Source of the DNA: the human T2T-CHM13v2.0 reference genome, Homo sapiens | DNA: 64,000 nucleotides | Reading direction: 5' to 3' (one strand) | Assembly: GCF_009914755.1 (NCBI RefSeq) | Contig: NC_060948.1 | Shown: in pieces, positions 41,993-54,788 of the stretch | Layout: each line of letters opens with the position of its first letter | Numbering within the stretch: position 1 is the stretch's first letter | Position numbers and translations under genes: made by a program | Notes under the pieces: generated by a model | What the model was told of the DNA's origin: nothing | What the model saw: the letters and a program-made list of their open reading frames with translations, nothing else | Database searches by the model: none

Positions 41993-44900
41993 TTGCATTC
42001 TATTCGAGTGATTTCCATTCGAGTCCTTTCCATTCGATTCCATTCCATTCTATTCCATTCCTTTGGATTCCATTCCATTCCGTTCCGTACACATCAATTC
42101 CTTGTGATTCCATTACATTCCATTTCTTGCCATTCCATTCCATTCCTTTTGACTCCATTTCATTCGATTCCATTCCATTCCATTAATTTCCATTCCATTC
42201 GAATCCCTTCCATTCGATTCCATTCCATTGGAGTCCGTACCAGTCGAGTCCATTCTATTCCAGTCCATTAGTTTCGACTCCATTGCATTCGAGTGCATTA
42301 CATTCCGTAGCTGTCCATTCCATTCCGTTTGATGCCATTCCATACGATTCCATTCAATTCGAGGCCATTCTATTCCTGTCCATTCCTTGTGGTTCGATTC
42401 CATTTCACTCTAGTCCATTCCATTCCATTGAATTCCATTCGACTCTATTCCGTTCCATTCAATTCCATTCCATTCGATTCCATTTTTGTCGAGAACCTTC
42501 CATTACACTCCCTTCCATTCCAGTGCATTCCATTCCAGTCTCTTCAGTTCGATTCCATTCCATTCGTTTCGATTCCTTTCCATTCCAGCCCATTCCATTC
42601 CATTCCATTCCTTTCCTTTCCGTTTCATTAGATTCCATTGCATTCGATTCCATTCAATTCAATTCCGTGCTATTCAATTTGATTGATTTCCATTTAATTC
42701 CATTCCATTAGATTCCATTCCGTTCGATTCCATTCCTTTCGAATCCATTCCATTGGAGTCCATTCACTTCCAGAACATTCCATTCCAGTCGAATCCATTC
42801 GAGTACTTTCCATTAATGTTCATTACATTCTAATACATTCCATTCCATTGCATTCCATTCCATTCCATTCGATGCCATTCGATTCCATTCCTTGCCAAAT
42901 CATTGCATTCCTTTCCTTTCCGTTCCTATCAATTCCATTCCATTTGATTTAGTTCGATTCTATTCACTTCCATTCCATTCGATTCCATTCCATTGGAGTC
43001 AATTCCTTTCGACACCCAGCCTTTCCAGTCAATGATTTTGGATTCCATTTTTTTGCATTCCATTACATTCTATGACATTCGATTCCGTTTCATTGCATTC
43101 CATTCCATACATTTTTATTCCATTCGAGACCGTAGATTTCCAGTTTATTCCAGGCTTGTCCATTACACTACATTCCCTTCCATTCCACTGAATTCCATTC
43201 CATTCCAATCCATTCCTTTCCTTTCGCTTGCATTCCATTCTATTCTCTTCTACTGCATACAATTTCACTCCATTCGTTCCCATTCCATTCAATTCCATTC
43301 CATTCAATTCCATTCCATTTGTTTCCATTCTCTTCGATTCCATTTCTTTATATTCCATGCCATTCGATTCCATTCTATTGGATTGCATTACATTCGTGTT
43401 CATTCCATTCCAGACCATTCCATTTGACTCCATTCCTTTCGAGCCCTTTCAATTTGAGTCCATTCCTTTCCAGTCCATTACTATCCATTCCCTACCATTC
43501 CATCCCATTGCATTCCATTCCATTCCAATCCATTCCATTGCATTCCATTCCATTCCATTGCACTGCACTCCATTCCATTACATTCTATTCTATTACAGTC
43601 GATTTTATTGCATTAGATTCTATTCCATTGGATTACTTTCCATTCGATTACATTCCATTCATGTACATTCCATTCCAGTCAATTACATTCGAGTTCATTA
43701 CGTTACATTCCAGTATATTCCATTGTATTCGATCCCATTCCTTTCAATTCCATTTCATTCGACTCCATTATATTCGATTCCATTCCACCCGAATCCATTC
43801 CATTAGAGGACATTCCATTCCAATGCATTCCATTCCATTCCAAAGCATTCCATTGCATTCGATTCCATCCCATTTGATGCCATTCCGTTTGATGCCATTC
43901 CATGACATTCCATTCCATTCGAGTCCATTCCGTTCCAATTCATTCCATTCCGTTTCATGAAATTCGAGTCCTTTCCAGTACATTTCATTCCAATCCCATC
44001 CAATCCAATCTACTCCATTCAATTCCTTTCCATTCCATTTGATTATATTCCATTGATTTGATTCCATTCAGTTTGATTCCATTCCGTGAAATTTCGTTCC
44101 ATTCTATTCCATTGCATTACTTTCCATTCAATTCCATTCCATTTCATTTCAGTCCATACGCTTCCTTTCCTTTCGATTCAATTCCATTTGATTCCACTCC
44201 ATTCTATGCGATTTCATTCCAATCGATTCAATTCCATTCGATGACATTCCTTTCGTTTCCATTCCATTCGAGTCCATTCAATTTGAGCATTCGTGTCCAT
44301 TCTATTCGAGTCCATTCCATTACCGTCTATTCTATTCCCTTCCATTCCTGTTGATTCAATTTCATTCCCTTCCATTCGATTCCTTTCCATTCGATTCCAT
44401 TCCTTTCCATTCCATTCCATTCGCTCCCATTCCATGTGATTTCATTCCATTCCAGTCCATTATATTCGAGTCCACTCCACTCCATTCTATTACATTCAAT
44501 TCCTTTTGAGTCCGTTCCATAACACTCCATTCATTTCGATTCCATTTCTTGCCAGTTTTCTTCCATTTTATTCCATTCCGTTCGATTCCATTCCATTCGA
44601 TTGCATTCCATTCGAATCCTTTCCATTCCATTTCATTCCATTCCTTTCTATTCCATTCCATTTCATTCGATTTGATTCCATTCTGTTCTATTCCATTCAA
44701 TTCTTTTTCATTCCATTCGAATCCTTTCTATTGCAGTCCATTCCATTCGAGTCCATTCCAATCCCTTCCATTCCATTCCATTACAGTCCATTCCAATAGA
44801 TTCCATTCCTTTGCCTTCCATTCGAATCCATTCCATTCTAGTCCATTCCATTTGAGTCAATTCCATTCCATTCCATTCTATTCCTTTCCAATCCATTCGA

Positions 44901-45451
44901 TTCCATTCGATTCAATTCCGTTTGATTCTCTTTCATTCTATTTTATTCCATGCCATTTGATTGCATTGCATTCCATTCCGTTTGATTCCAGTCCATTGCT
45001 TTTGAGTCCATTCCATTCCACTCTAGTCTATTCCACTCCATTCCTTTCCATTCCATTCCATACTATTCCATTCCATTCCTTTGCATTCCGTTTCCACTCT
45101 ATTCGAGTCCATTGCATTCCAGTCCAATCCATTCGATTACATTCCTTTTGATACCCTGCCAGTCGATTGCATTGCATACTAGACCATTCCAAAGGAGTCC
45201 ATTCCATTCTATTTCACCACTTTCCATTCCACTCTGTTCAAGTCCAATCCATTCCAGTCCATTTAATTCAAGGGCATTCCATTCCATTCCATTCCATTTC
45301 ATGTTATTCCATTCCATTCAATTCCATTCCAGATGATTCCATTCCATTCTATACCATTGCTCTCTGTTCCATTCCATTCCATCTGTCTCCATTCCTTTCG
45401 TTTCGATTCCTTTCCATTCCATTCCATTACATTTGATCCTATTTTATTAAA
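41993..45451 (+). repeat. Chimeric DYZ1 unit U13, 3459 bp
   Basis: Carries -45 (42201), -15 (~43470) and -25 (~44985) deletions, and 3544-85=3459. Contains the duplication junction at ~42616-42660. Confidence 0.88.
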
Positions 45452-48400
45452 TTGCATTCTATTCGAGTGATTTCCATTCGAGTCCTTTCCATTCGATTCC
45501 ATTCCATTCTATTCCATTCCTTTGGATTCCATTCCATTCCTTTCCGTTCACATCAATTCCTTGCGATTCCATTACATTGGATATCTTGCCATTCGATTCC
45601 ATTCCTTTTGACTCCATTTCATTCGATTCCATTCCATTCCATTAATTTCCATTCCATTCGAGACCTTTCCATTGCAGTCTTTTCCCTTCGAGTCCATTCC
45701 GTTCGATTCCCTTGCATTCGATTCCATTCCATTGGAGTCCGTACCAGTAGAGTCCATTCTATTCCAGTCCATTAGTTTCGACTCCATTGCATTCGAGTGC
45801 ATTCCATTCCGTGGCTGTCCATTCCATTCCGTTTGATGCCATTCCATACGATTCCATTCAATTCGAGACCATTCTATTGCTGTCCATTCCTTGTGGTTCG
45901 ATTCCATTTCACTCTAGTCCATTCCATTCCATTCAATTCCATTCGACTCTATTCCGTTCCATTCAATTCCATTCCATTCGATTCCATTTTGGTCGAGAAC
46001 CTTCTATTACACTCCCTTCCATTCCAGTGCATTCCATTCCAGTCTCTTCAGTTCGATTCCATTCCATACGTTTCGATTCCATTCCATTCCAGCCCATTCC
46101 ATTCCATTCCATTCCTTTGCTTTCCGTTTCATTAGATTCCATTGCATTCGATTCCATTCAATTCAATTCCGTACTATTCAATTTGATTGATTTCCATTTA
46201 ATTCCATTCCATTAGATTCCATTCCGTTCGATTCCATTCCTTTCGAATCCATTCCATTGGAGTCCATTCACTTCCAGAACATTCCATTCCAGTCGAATCC
46301 ATTCGAGTACTTTCCATTAATGTTCATTACATTCTAATACATTCCATTCCATTGCATTCCATTCCATTCCATTCGATGCCATTCGATTCCATTCCATGCC
46401 AAATCATTGCATTCCTTTCCTTTCCGTTCCTATCAATTCCATTCCATTTGATTTAGTTCGATTCTATTCACTTCCATTCCATTCGATTCCATTCCATTGG
46501 AGTCAATTCCTTTCGACACCCAGCCTTTCCAGTCAATGATTTTGGATTCCATTTTTTTGCATTCCATTACATTCTATGACATTCGATTCCGTTTCATTGC
46601 ATTCCATTCCATACATTTTTATTCCATTCGAGACCGTAGCATTCCAGTTTATTCCAGGCTTGTCCATTACACTACATTCCCTTCCATTCCACTGAATTCC
46701 ATTCCATTCCAATCCATTCCTTTCCTTTCGCTTGCATTCCATTCTATTCTCTTCTACTGCATACAATTTCACTCCATTCGTTCCCATTCCATTCAATTCC
46801 ATTCCATTCAATTCCATTCCATTTTTTCCATTCTCTTCGATTCCATTTCTTTATATTCCATGCCATTCGATTCCATTCTATTGGATTGCATTACATTCGT
46901 GTTCATTCCATTCCAGACCATTCCATTTGACTCCATTCCTTTCGAGCCCTTTCAATTTGAGTCCATTCCTTTCCAGTCCATTTCACTCCAGTCCATTACT
47001 ATCCATTCCCTAACATTCCATCCCATTGCATTCCATTCCATTCCATTCCATTCCATTCCATTGCATTCCATTCCATTCCATTGCACTGCACTCCATTCCA
47101 TTACATTCTATTCTATTACAGTCGATTTTATTGCATTAGATTCTATTCCATTGGATTACTTTCCATTCGATTACATTCCATTCATGTACATTCCATTCCA
47201 GTCAATTACATTCGAGTTCATTACGTTACATTCCAGTATATTCCATTGTATTCGATCCCATTCCTTTCAATTCCATTTCATTCGACTCCATTATATTCGA
47301 TTCCATTCCACCCGAATCCATTCCAGTAGAGGACATTCCATTCCAATGCATTCCATTCCATTCCAAAGCATTCCATTGCATTCGATTCCATCCCATTTGA
47401 TGCCATTCCGTTTGATGCCATTCCATGACATTCCATTCCATTCGAGTCCATTCCGTTCCAATTCATTCCATTCCGTTTCATGAAATTCGAGTCCTTTCCA
47501 GTACATTTCATTCCAATCCCATCCAATCCAATCTACTCCATTCAATTCCTTTCCATTCCATTTGATTAGATTCCATTGATTTCATTCCATTCAGTTTGAT
47601 TCCATTCCGTGAAATTTCGTTCCATTCTATTCCATTGCATTACTTTCCATTCAATTCCATTCCATTTCATTTCAGTCCATTCGCTTCCTTTCCTTTCGAT
47701 TCAATTCAATTTGATTCCACTCCATTCTATGCGATTTCATTCCAATCGATTCAATTCCATTCGATGACATTCCTTTCGTTTCCATTCCATTCGAGTCCAT
47801 TCAATTTGAGCATTCGTGTCCATTCTATTCGAGTCCATTCCATTACCGTCTATTCTATTCCCTTCCATTCCTGTTGATTCAATTTCATTCCCTTCCATTC
47901 GATTCCTTTCCATTCGATTCCATTCCTTTCCATTCCATTCCATTCGCTTCCATTCCATGTGATTTCATTCCATTCCAGTCCATTATATTCGAGTCCACTC
48001 CACTCCATTCTATTACATTCAATTCCTTTTGAGTCCGTTCCATAACACTCCATTCATTTCGATTCCATTTCTTGCCAGTTTTCTTCCATTTTATTCCATT
48101 CCGTTCGATTCCATTCCATTCGATTGCATTCCATTCGAATCCTTTCCATTCCATTTCATTCCATTCCTTTCTATTCCATTCCATTTCATTCGATTTGATT
48201 CCATTCTGTTCTATTCCATTCAATTCTTTTTCATTCCATTCGAATCCTTTCTATTGCAGTCCATTGCATTCGAGTCCATTCCAATCCCTTCCATTTAATT
48301 CCGTTACAGTCCATTCCAATAGATTCCATTCCTTTGCCTTCCATTCGAATCCATTCCATTCTAGTCCATTCCATTTGAGTCAATTCCATTCCATTCCATT

Positions 48401-48999
48401 CTATTCCTTTCCAATCCATTAGATTCCATTCGATTCAATTCCGTTTGATTCTCTTTAATTCTATTTTATTCCATGTCATTTGATTGCATTGCATTCCATT
48501 CCGTTTGATTCCATTCCATTCAAGAAAGTTCCATTCCAGTCCATTGCTTTTGAGTCCATTCCATTCCACTCTAGTCTATTCCACTCCATTCCTTTCCATT
48601 CCATTCCATACTATTCCATTCCATTCCTTTGCATTCCGTTTCCAATCTATTCGAGTCCATTGCATTCCAGTCCAATCCATTCGATTACATTCCTTTTGAT
48701 TCCCTGCCAGTCGATCGCATTGCATACTAGACCATTCCAAAGGAGTCCATTCCATTCTATTTCAACACTTTCCATTCCACTCTGTTCGAGTCCATTCCAT
48801 TCCAGTCCATTTAATTCAAGGGTATTCCATTCCATTCCATTCCATTTCATGTTATTCCATTCCATTCAATTCCATTCCAGATGATTCCATTCCATTCTAT
48901 ACCATTGCTCTCTGTTCCATTCCATTCCATCTGTCTACATTCCTTTCGTTTCGATTCCTTTCCATTCCATTACATTACATTTGATCCTATTTTATTAAA
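45452..48999 (+). repeat. DYZ1 unit U14, 3548 bp (copy of U10)
   Basis: All ORFs are identical to those of U10 at offset 12796. Confidence 0.9.
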
Positions 49000-51900
49000 T
49001 TGCATTCTATTCGAGTGATTTCCATTCGAGTCCTTTCCATTCGATTCCATTCCATTCTATTCCATTCCTTTGGATTCCATACCATTCCGTTCCGTTCACA
49101 TCAATTCCTTGCGATTCCATTACATTCGATTTCTTGCCATTCGATTCCATTCCTTTTGACTCCATTTCATTCGATTCCATTCCATTCCATTAATTTCCAT
49201 TCCATTCGAGACCTTTCCATTGCAGTCTTTTCCCTTCGAGTCCATTCCGTTCGATTCCCTTGCATTCGATTCCATTCCATTGGAGTCCGTACCAGTCGAG
49301 TCCATTCTATTCCAGTCCATTAGTTTCGACTCCATTGCATTCGAGTGCATTCCATTCCGTGGCTGTCCATTCCATTCCGTTTGATGCCATTCCATACGAT
49401 TCCATTCAATTCGAGACCATTCTATTCCTGTCCATTCCTTGTGGTTCGATTCCATTTCACTCTAGTCCATTCCATTCCATTCAATTCCATTCGACTCTAT
49501 TCCGTTCCATTCAATTCCATTCCATTCGATTCCATTTTTTTCGAGAGCCTTCCATTACACTCCCTTCCATTCCAGTGCATTCCATTCCAGTCTCTTCAGT
49601 TCGATTCCATTCCTTTCGTTTCGATTCCATTCCATTCCAGCCCATTCCACTCCATTCCATTCCTTTCCTTTCCATTTCATTAGATTCCACTGCATTCTAT
49701 TCCATTCAATTCAATTCCGTTCTATTCAATTTGATTCATTTCCATTTAATTCCATTCCATTAGATTACATTCCTTTCGAATCCATTCCATTGGAGTCCAT
49801 TCACTTCGAGAACATTCCATTCCAGTCGAATCCATTCGAGTACATTCCATTAAAGTTCATTACATCCTAATACATTCCATTCCATTGCATTCAATTCCAT
49901 TCCATTCGATGCCACTCGATTCCGTTCCATGGCAAATCATTGCATTCCTTTCCATTCCGTTCCTATCAATTCCATTCCATTCGATTTAGTTCCATTCTAT
50001 TCACTTCCATTCCATTCGATTCCATTCCATTGGAGTCAATTCCTTTTGACACCCAGCCTTTCCAGTCAATGATTTTGGAGTCCATTTTTTTGCATTCCAT
50101 TACATTCTATGACATTCAATTCCGTTTCATTGCATTCCATTCCATACATTTTTATTCCATTCGAGACCGTAGCATTCCACTTTATTCCAGGCCTGTCCAT
50201 TACACTACATTCCCTTCCATTCCAATGAATTCCATTCCATTCCAATCCATTCCTCTCCTTTCGCTTGCATTGCATTCTATTCTCTTCTACTGCATACAAT
50301 TTCACTCCATTCCTTCCCATTCCATTCAATTCCATTCCATTCAATTCCATTCCATTTGTTTCCATTCTCTTCGATTCCATTTCTTTATATTCCATGCCAT
50401 TCGATTCCATTCTATTGGATTGCATTACATTCGTGTTCATTCCATTCCAGACCATTCCATTTGACTCCATTCCTTTCGAGCCCTTTCAATTTGAGTCCAT
50501 TCCTTTCCTAGTCCATTTCACTCCAATCCATTACTATCCATTCCATACCATTCCATCTCATTGCATTCCATTCCATTCCATTCCATTCCATTGAATTCCA
50601 TTCCATTCCATTCCATTGCACTGCACTCCATTCCATTACATTCTATTCTATTTGAGTCGATTTTATTGCATTAGATTCTATTCCATTGGATTACTTTCCA
50701 TTCGATTACATTCCATTCATGTACATTCCATTCCAGTCAATTACATTCGAGTTCATTACGTTGCATTCCAGTATATTCCATTGTATTCGATCTCATTCCT
50801 TTCAATTCCATTTCATTCGACTCCATTATATTCGATTCCATTCCACTCGAATCCATTCCATTAGAGGACATTCCATTCCAATGCATTCCATTCCATTCCA
50901 TAGCATTCCATTGCATTCGATTCCATTCCCTTTGATGCCATTCCGTTTGATGCCATTCCATGACATTCCATTCCATTCGAGTCCATTCCGTTCCAATTCA
51001 TTCCATTCCGTTTCATGAAATTCGAGTGCTTTCCAGTACATTTCATTCCAATCCCATCCAATCCAATCTACTCCATTCAATTCCTTTCCATTCCATTTGA
51101 TTATATTCCATTGATTTGATTCCATTCAGTTTGATTCCATTACGTGAAATTTCGTTCCATTCTATTCCATTGCATTACTTTCCATTCAATTCCATTCCAT
51201 TTCATTTCAGTCCATTCGCTTCCTTTCCTTTCGATTCAATTCAATTTGATTCCACTCCATTCTATGCGATTTCATTCCAATCGATTCAATTCCATTCGAT
51301 GACATTCCTTTCGTTTCCATTCCATTCGAGTCCATTCAATTTGAGCATTCGTGTCCATTCTATTCGAGTCCATTCCATTACCGTCTATTCTATTCCCTTC
51401 CATTCCTGTTGATTCAATTTCATTCCCTTCCATTCGATTCCTTTCCATTCGATTCCATTCCTTTCCATTCCATTCCATTCGGTCCCATTCCATGTGATTT
51501 CATTCCATTCCAGTCCATTATATTCGAGTCCACTCCACTCCATTCTATTACATTCAATTCCTTTTGAGTCCGTTCCATAACACTCCATTCATTTCGATTC
51601 CATTTCTTGCCAGTTTTCTTCCATTTTATTCCATTCCGTTCGATTCCATTCCATTCGATTGCACTCATTTCGAATCCTTTCCATTCCATTTCATTCCATT
51701 CCTTTCTATTCCATTCCATTTCATTCGATTTGATTCCATTCTGTTCTATTCCATTCAATTCTTTTTCATTCCATTCGAATCCTTTCTATTGCAGTCCATT
51801 CCATTCGAGTCCATTCTAATCCCTTCCATTCCATTCCATTACAGTCCATTCCAATAGATTCCATTCCTTTGCCTTCCATTCGAATCCATTCCATTCTAGT

Positions 51901-52534
51901 CCATTCCATTTGAGTCAATTCCATTCCATTCCATTCTATTCCTTTCCAATCCATTCGTTTCCATTCGATTCAATTCCGTTTGATTCTCTTTCATTCTATT
52001 TTATTCCATGCCATTTGATTGCATTGCATTCCATTCCGTTTGATTCCAGTCCATTCAAGAAAGTTCCATTCCAGTCCATTGCTTTTGAGTCCATTCCATT
52101 CCACTCTAGTCTATTCCACTCCATTCCTTTCCATTCCATTCCATACTATTCCATTCCATTCCTTTGCATTCCGTTTCCAATCTATTCGAGTCCATTGCAT
52201 TCTAGTCCAATCCATTCGATTACATTCCTTTTGATTCCCTGCCAGTCGATTGCATTGCATACTAGACCATTCCAAAGGAGTCCATTCCATTCTATGTCAA
52301 CACTTTCCATTCCACTCTGTTCGAGTCCATTCCATTCCAGTCCATTTAATTTAAGGGCATTCCATTCCATTCCATTCCATTTCATGTTATTCCATTCCAT
52401 TCAATTCCATTCCAGATGATTCCATTCCATTCCATACCATTGCTCTCTGTTCCATTCCATTCCATCTGTCTCCATTCCTTTCGTTTCGATTCCTTTCCAT
52501 TCCATTACATTACATTTGATCCTATTTTATTAAA
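49000..52534 (+). repeat. DYZ1 unit U15, 3535 bp (copy of U11)
   Basis: Offset 12796. GGCC at 50190. Confidence 0.9.
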
Positions 52535-54788
52535 TTGCATTCTATTCGAGTGATTTCCATTCGAGTCCTTTCCCTTCGATTCCATTCCATTCTATTCCAT
52601 TCCTTTGGATTCCATTCCATTCCGTTCCGTTCACATCAATTCCTTGTGATTCCATTACATTCGATTTCTTGCCATTCGATTCCATTCCTTTTGACTCCAT
52701 TTCATTCGATTCCATTCCATTCCATTAATTTCCATTCCATTCGAGACCTTTCCATTGCAGTCTTTTCCCTACGAGTCCATTCCGTTCCATTCCCTTCCAT
52801 TCGATTCCATTCCATTGGAGTCCGTACCAGTCGAGTCCATTCTATTCCAGTCCATTAGTTTCGACTCCATTGCATTCGAGTGCATTCCATTCCGTGGCTG
52901 TCCATTCCATTCCGTTTGATGCCATTCCATACGATTCCATTCAATTCGAGACCATTCTATTCCTGTCCATTCCTTGTGGTTCGATTCCATTTCACTCTAG
53001 TCCATTCCATTCCATTCAATTCCATTCGACTCTATTCCGTTCCATTCAATTCCATTCCATTCGATTCCCTTTTTTTCGAGAACCTTCCATTACACTCCCT
53101 TCCATTCCAGTGCATTCCATTCCAGTCTCTTCAGTTCGATTCCATTCCATTCCATAGCATTCCATTGCATTCGATTCCATTCCATTCGATGCCATTCCAT
53201 TTGATGCCATTCCATGACATTCCATTCCATTCGAGTCCATTCCGTTCCAATTCATTCCATTCCGTTTCATGAAATTCGAGTCCTTTCCAGTACATTTCAT
53301 TCCAATCCCATCCAATCCAATCTACTCCATTCAATTCCTTTCCATTCCATTTGATTATATTCCATTGATTTGATTCCATTCAGTTTGATTCCATTCCATG
53401 AAATTTCCTTCCATTCTCTTCCATTGCATTACTTTCCATTCCATTCCATTCCATTTCATTTCAGTCCATTCGCTTCCTTTCCTTTCGATTCAATTCCATT
53501 TGATTCCACTCCATTCTATGCGATTTCATTCCAATCGATTCAATTCCATTCGATGACATTCCTTTCGTTTCCATTCCATTCGAGTCCATTCAATTTGAGC
53601 ATTCGTGTCCATTCTATTCGAGTCCATTCCATTACCGTCTATTCTATTCCCTTCCATTCCTGTTGATTCAATTTCATTCCCTTCCATTCGATTCCTTTCC
53701 ATTCGATTCCATTCCTTTCCATTCCATTCCATTCGTTCCCATTCCATGTGATTTCATTCCATTCCAGTCCATTATATTCGAGTCCACTCCACTCCATTCT
53801 ATTACATTCAATTCCTTTTGAGTCCGTTCCATAACACTCCGTTCATTTCGATTCCATTTCTTGCCAGTTTTCTTCCATTTTATTCCATTCCGTTCGATTC
53901 CATTCCATTCGATTGCATTCCATTCGAATCCTTTCCATTCCATTTCATTCCATTCCTTTCTATTCCATTCCATTTCATGCGATTTGATTCCATTCTGTTC
54001 TATTCCATTCAATTCTTTTTCATTCCATTCGCATCCTTTCTATTGCAGTCCATTCCATTCGAGTCCATTCCAATCCCTTCCATTCCATTCCATTACAGTC
54101 CATTCCAATAGATTCCATTCATTTGCCTTCCATTCGAATCCATTCCATTCTAGTCCATTCCATTTGAGTCAATTCCATTCCATTCCATTCTATTCCTTTC
54201 CAATCCAATCGATTATATTCAATTCTATTCCATTTGATTCTCTTTCATTCTATTTTATTCCATGCCATTTGATTGCATTGCATTCCATTCCGTTTGATTC
54301 CAGTCCATTCAAGAATGTTCCATTCCAGTCCATTGCTTTCGAGTCCATTCCATTCCACTCTAGTCTATTCCACTCCATTTCTTTCCATTCCATTCCATAC
54401 TATTCCATTCCATTCCTTTGCATTCCGTTTCCAATCTATTCGAGTCCATTGCATTCCAGTCCAATCCATTCGATTACATTCCTTTTGATTCCCTGCCAGT
54501 CGATTGCATTGCATACTACACCATTCCAAGGGAGTCCATTCCATTCTATCTCAACACTTTCCATTCCACTCTGTTCGAGTCCATTCCATTCCAGTCCATT
54601 TAATTCAAGGGCATTCCATTCCATTCCATTCCATTTCATATTATTCCATTCCATTCAATTCCATTCCAGATGATTCCATTCCATTCTATACCATTGCTCT
54701 CTGTTCCATTCCATTCCATCTGTCTCCATTCCTTTCGTTTCGATTCCTTTCCATTCCATTCCATTACATTTGATCCTATTTTATTAAA
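52535..54788 (+). repeat. Internally deleted DYZ1 unit U16, 2254 bp (copy of U12)
   Basis: Same junction at 53139-53152. Confidence 0.9.
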
